Assembly (NCBI GenBank): GCA_028534125.1 | Contig: CM052823.1 | Location: 3,348,001-3,412,000 of the forward strand | Direction: 5' to 3' | DNA: 64,000 bases | Source of the DNA: Lama glama | Taxonomy: Eukaryota | Part shown: positions 60,052 to 64,000 of the stretch, piece by piece | How positions within the stretch are numbered: the first letter of the stretch is position 1 | How the letters are laid out: each line of letters opens with the position of its first letter | Notes under the pieces: generated by a model | What the model was told of the DNA's origin: nothing | What the model saw: the letters and a program-made list of their open reading frames with translations, nothing else | Database searches by the model: none | Translations under genes and position numbers: made by a program

Positions 60052-62291
60052 CTGTGAAGTAAAAAGCAGATAGCAAAAACAAATAAATAAAAATGTTTAA
60101 ATGGAGGGGGAAATGAATATGCATTCTTTTATAAGTTCAAAAATTGTAAATAACATATGAGAGAGCTATCTTTTGGGGAAAAAAGGGAGCTGTACAAAAT
60201 TCTCTTCATGGATTCATGTTTTCCCCCTTGATTTGCTTGCTATTTAGTTAATTAATTAACTCATGTAATTATTTACTTCCGTTCCTCTTAATAAAACAAA
60301 CAAACTAGAACTCACCGGTGGTCTAGAGACAGAACACTGACTATGACTATTCTGTGTCTAAATGACCCCAAAGAGGTAACATCTCTGGTTTGCTTACTTA
60401 TTAATGAACCTCACTGTTCCGGTATGATATTAAATAAAAAACATGTGATTTTACCCTGACTGGTCATCCCTAATCCTCGGTGGGGAGTGCATTCTAATCC
60501 TCGGTCTTTTAAAATATCGTGTACAGATGTAGCCATTTATCCATTTTTTGTAATACAGTGGACACCCATGAGTGAACTGTCCACCTAGGGAAGAGAACTG
60601 TGTGCACCACTGACGTAAGCCTGCAGGCTTCTTGCCCAGAGACTCCCCAGCCACCACCTTCAGCAACGAGGAGTCAGTCTGGGGAGTAGAAGGCCAAGTG
60701 GTAAAAAGAATGAAACATCCTAGATTTCAGCTCTGCTCTAATACTTCAACAGGTGCAGGGGGAGCAGGTTTTGACTAATCTTAAACTTGGGACCATGCCA
60801 CTTGCTACGCCTGGCAAAAACACCCCTCTTTATGTAATTAATTCAATGATCAGTTTTACGCAGAACAATGGACACCTCTGAATCCTCCACCTGAATCAAG
60901 AACCAGAGCTGTCTTTGAGGCACATCCGTCTCAATGCTCCCCCCAGACATACACCCGCCTACATCTTTGAGCCTAACTTGTGCAGAATTAGAGTCATCTA
61001 AATGCTTGTTCCAAGGCAATTTCATACCAACAAACAATGCTTAACTCTACTTTATTTATTAATTAATTCATAAATTAATTGGGAACATTATTCATTTCTT
61101 TAGAAAAAATGGAAAAATGTTTAAAGCCTCAGAAACCCAGGAGAGAAATGCTACTGTGTGTATCTATGTTCTCCCGAACTTGCAGGAGCCTCAACTTTTG
61201 TCTTAAGAGGGACATCATCTGAGTGGAACTGGTTAAATCATAATTATTTCAAGACACACTCATTACTGGCCCATGTTTTGTCCCTTTGAGCTACCGATTG
61301 CTATTAACTTATTCATTTATTCACTGTAATGATAAAATTGCACACACTCAATGCAATAGCACGGAATAATAGTTACGCATGCGCAGTCGGCTGCTCATTA
61401 CCAAAGTGATAACAGACTAAGGAACTCGGTAATGGAATTCAGTGAACACAATAGCTCTCGGTGCATGACAAATTTTTATCACTGGCCTTCTTTAATTTAA
61501 ATAGTGCTTAATCTTTTGTTTAATTTTGTAAACATTTTTCCTATTTAGTCATAAGACAGAAACAACCTGCACACCAAAGACAGCCCAGAATGTGAAGGCT
61601 GGCAGTTCAGACACCTGTCTGCATGTGCTGCATTCTGAGAGATAAGCAAACCATGAATCCCAGCTCCTCAAAAGTGATTAGCACTGACACCTGTTTCATT
61701 GCATAAGCTATAGTTGCTCCAGGCATGGCCATCTCTTATTCACTTATTCCTATTTCTTAAACTTTCATGCATTCATTTGCTTAGAATAATAGAATCATTA
61801 TCCTTGACCCACAAAAGCACAAAAACAGGATAACTGAATGTTCGTAACAACTGTCTAGACGATCTTTCCCAACAGAGCAATAGACCAGCTTTCCTTTGTC
61901 CACACACTTACTATTCATAATCCTTGACTCCACCAGCCATCATCAAAGGTCCAAGCACGTGAATCTTTTTCTTCATCTGCACTTTCCCCACTGATTTATT
62001 TATCATTTTACTACTTACTAATACAGAAATATACATGAATCAGAGAAAGCCTAGAACCAGAGCCTCGATACACCTGATGGCTATCTATAAAATCTTTTCC
62101 CAGACACTAGATGCTTCTCGATTTGACCTCACTGTTTCACACACGTAGGCCTCAACATGCCATTGTCATCAGTCCCATGTTTGTCATCGGACTGTGGTCA
62201 CCCTTCTTCGACTGCATTTCTCACTTCTTAATAGTGCACTGTCCAGCCTGAGACCACCCAAACCAAGACAAGAACTCTGGCTATTACTCAC

Positions 62292-62368
62292 GCTGTCTCC
62301 ACGCTCCTAAGACACCGCTGAACTTGATGCCATGGCAGAGTGCAAACATGAGAGCAGGACTGACCGTT
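62292..62368 (-). other. Candidate short non-coding host exon
   Basis: Acceptor UUUUUUCUUCUUUGUGCCCCUCAG ending at 62369; donor GUGAGU at 62291-62286. Confidence 0.55.
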
Positions 62369-62490
62369 CTGAGGGGCACAAAGAAGAAAAAAGCCAAAAT
62401 AAAATTTGAGACCTCCTACGCATTGGTCATTTGCAGCCCACCTTTCGTTCACTCGGCTAACATTTATTACTTTATGGTGCTCTTTCCTGC

Positions 62491-62561
62491 TGGACCTCAG
62501 AGTTGCAGACACGTATTCATCGTACACGACTCACACGCCGCCAGCAGTCATCACTGATCCA
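62491..62561 (-). ncRNA. SNORD114: SNORD114-family C/D box snoRNA, intact
   Basis: UGGAUCAGUGAUGACUGCUGGCGGCGUGUGAGUCGUGUACGAUGAAUACGUGUCUGCAACUCUGAGGUCCA: box C, box D, terminal stem and SNORD114 body. Confidence 0.92.
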
Positions 62562-63453
62562 ACGGTGCCTCTCTTTTTCTTCACTCATTTCGACTTTTTA
62601 TTGATCAAATCACTAATTCACTAATGATAATTTTTAATCATTATGATTCACAAAAACCCAAGAAGAGTTTTTATGTACCTGTTCTGCACATAGGATAATT
62701 CTCATAATATACTTCTTCCATTAATTATCCTGTTTTACATCTATTCAATAATATAATGTATCACATCTTCTATTGATTGCTAGTCTACAGTTGGCCATCT
62801 TTGATTAATTTTTACACTTTTAAATAATATTTTAAATACTCTTAAACAAACCACCCACCAAGATAAGAACTTGGACTATTACGCACATTGGTCTTCACAC
62901 CCCTAACACATAGACGCAACCAGAGAGCTCCTGAGCAGGGAGGAATGCTGAATCAGCCCAAGTGCTTCCATTCTGAAGAGTACAAAGGAGAACAAGAAAC
63001 CGAAAGCTAAAAAATCAGCCATTGATCCTTGATTTCTGCATTTCAGTTACTCGTGGAGGTATTAATTTTTCCTAAATATATTTTTTCCCTTAACAAAATG
63101 AATCACCTCAAGTCTGGAACTTATCCAGTACAGAAAAAATGGATTCTTACTAATGTCTATACGATTCTAAACCAAAGCAGTAACATTCTTGAATCATTTA
63201 TTTCTTAATGAACATCAATGCTTTCAGTTTTTATTAGTAATACTTTTTGCCTCACCGCACATGTTCATGTTGCAAATTGCTTCACCCTCTTCTTCCTTAT
63301 CTATTTAGTTATATTTGATGGTTCTCTCATTGATTCACTAATAATAGTAAATCTTTTAATCTATGAATCTAAAATAAGAACATGATATTTGTACGTTGCT
63401 GACATCTGTCTGTAGGATCGTTTCAAACAGAGAGAGCAGACTAGGTCTTGGGT

Positions 63454-63527
63454 TGAACTTCAGAGTCCCACACACACAGTACTCATCATCAGTGACTCAT
63501 ATGCCACCAGTCGGGATTACTGGTCCA
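63454..63527 (-). pseudogene. SNORD114 pseudo-copy
   Basis: SNORD114 body CUGGUGGCAUAUGAGUCA and box D present; box C mutated to GUAAUCC. Confidence 0.8.
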
Positions 63528-64000
63528 TTATTAGACCCTCATTTGTTTTACATTTATATTGACTAAATCATTAATTCATAGATATTGACAAAAGTCACAT
63601 TATTGAGGAAAATACAAGAACAAGATCCTTCAATATTCCTGAAGTCTGTCTATAGAATCTTTTCCCATATACACTGTATTTTCTTCTCTAAGAGACTTCA
63701 ATGTTGATTAATCAATAGGATGTTTCCTATTATATCCATTATTGGGCCATGGATAATTTTTGATTATGTTTAGTACTTTTTAATAATGCCACGAATACTA
63801 TTAAACAAAGGACTGAAATCAAGATACTATCTTTGTCTACCATTACACACCTTATTCTCTTTCCTGACACAAAGGCAACATAACCTTGATCATGACAGGA
63901 GCTAAGATCAGCTCAGTGCATCCATTCTGAAGAGCACCACCAGGCATAATGATAAAAAAAAGTTTAGACATTCTCTTCTCTCCATTTATTCACAATTTCC

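Larger units (their letters stand above)
57450..64000 (-). other. MEG8: Distal SNORD113/114 C/D snoRNA array in the MEG8 host transcript, mostly decayed units
   Basis: Repeated plus-strand 'tggacctcag...tcatcattggtcca' relics every ~230-350 bp, upstream of miR-379 in transcript orientation; MEG8 assignment is by synteny. Confidence 0.88.

Noticed and set aside
38041-62500. Shared GGUCCA between miR-379-type 3p arms and SNORD113/114 ends as evidence of common origin of both arrays
   Set aside because: A 6-nt match with no similarity in unit length or flanks
79-62624. All ORFs in the supplied track
   Set aside because: Short, overlapping on all frames, many running through N gaps or microsatellites, with no recognisable domains; the locus is a known non-coding domain

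Overview
Mammalian non-coding DNA from the imprinted DLK1-DIO3 domain, transcribed on the minus strand. A vic-1-type tRNA-derived SINE suggests a camelid. Positions ~1.1-38.1 kb hold most of the miR-379/miR-410 (miR-379~656) cluster, from miR-379 (38.0 kb) down to miR-377 (1.1 kb), in the conserved placental order. It includes members I know from ruminant annotation (miR-411b, miR-3958/154c, miR-3956-like, miR-3959/411c, miR-154b). The hairpins sit on a decayed ~155-160 bp tandem lattice. Positions ~39-57 kb are old transposon debris (L2, MIR, L1M, HAL1). Positions ~57.4-64 kb are the distal end of the SNORD113/114 C/D snoRNA array (MEG8 host), mostly decayed, plus a miR-3955 homologue. No credible protein-coding gene is present. 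The locus itself is well known. The points that may be new are a snoRNA-shaped miR-3955, seed changes in miR-134 and one miR-376 copy, a miR-668 deletion, GC-rich overwriting near the miR-654 slot, hairpins I cannot name, and N gaps that fall on expected miRNAs. miRNA names come from my recollection of reference mature sequences plus gene order, not from a database search. Repeat boundaries are approximate.
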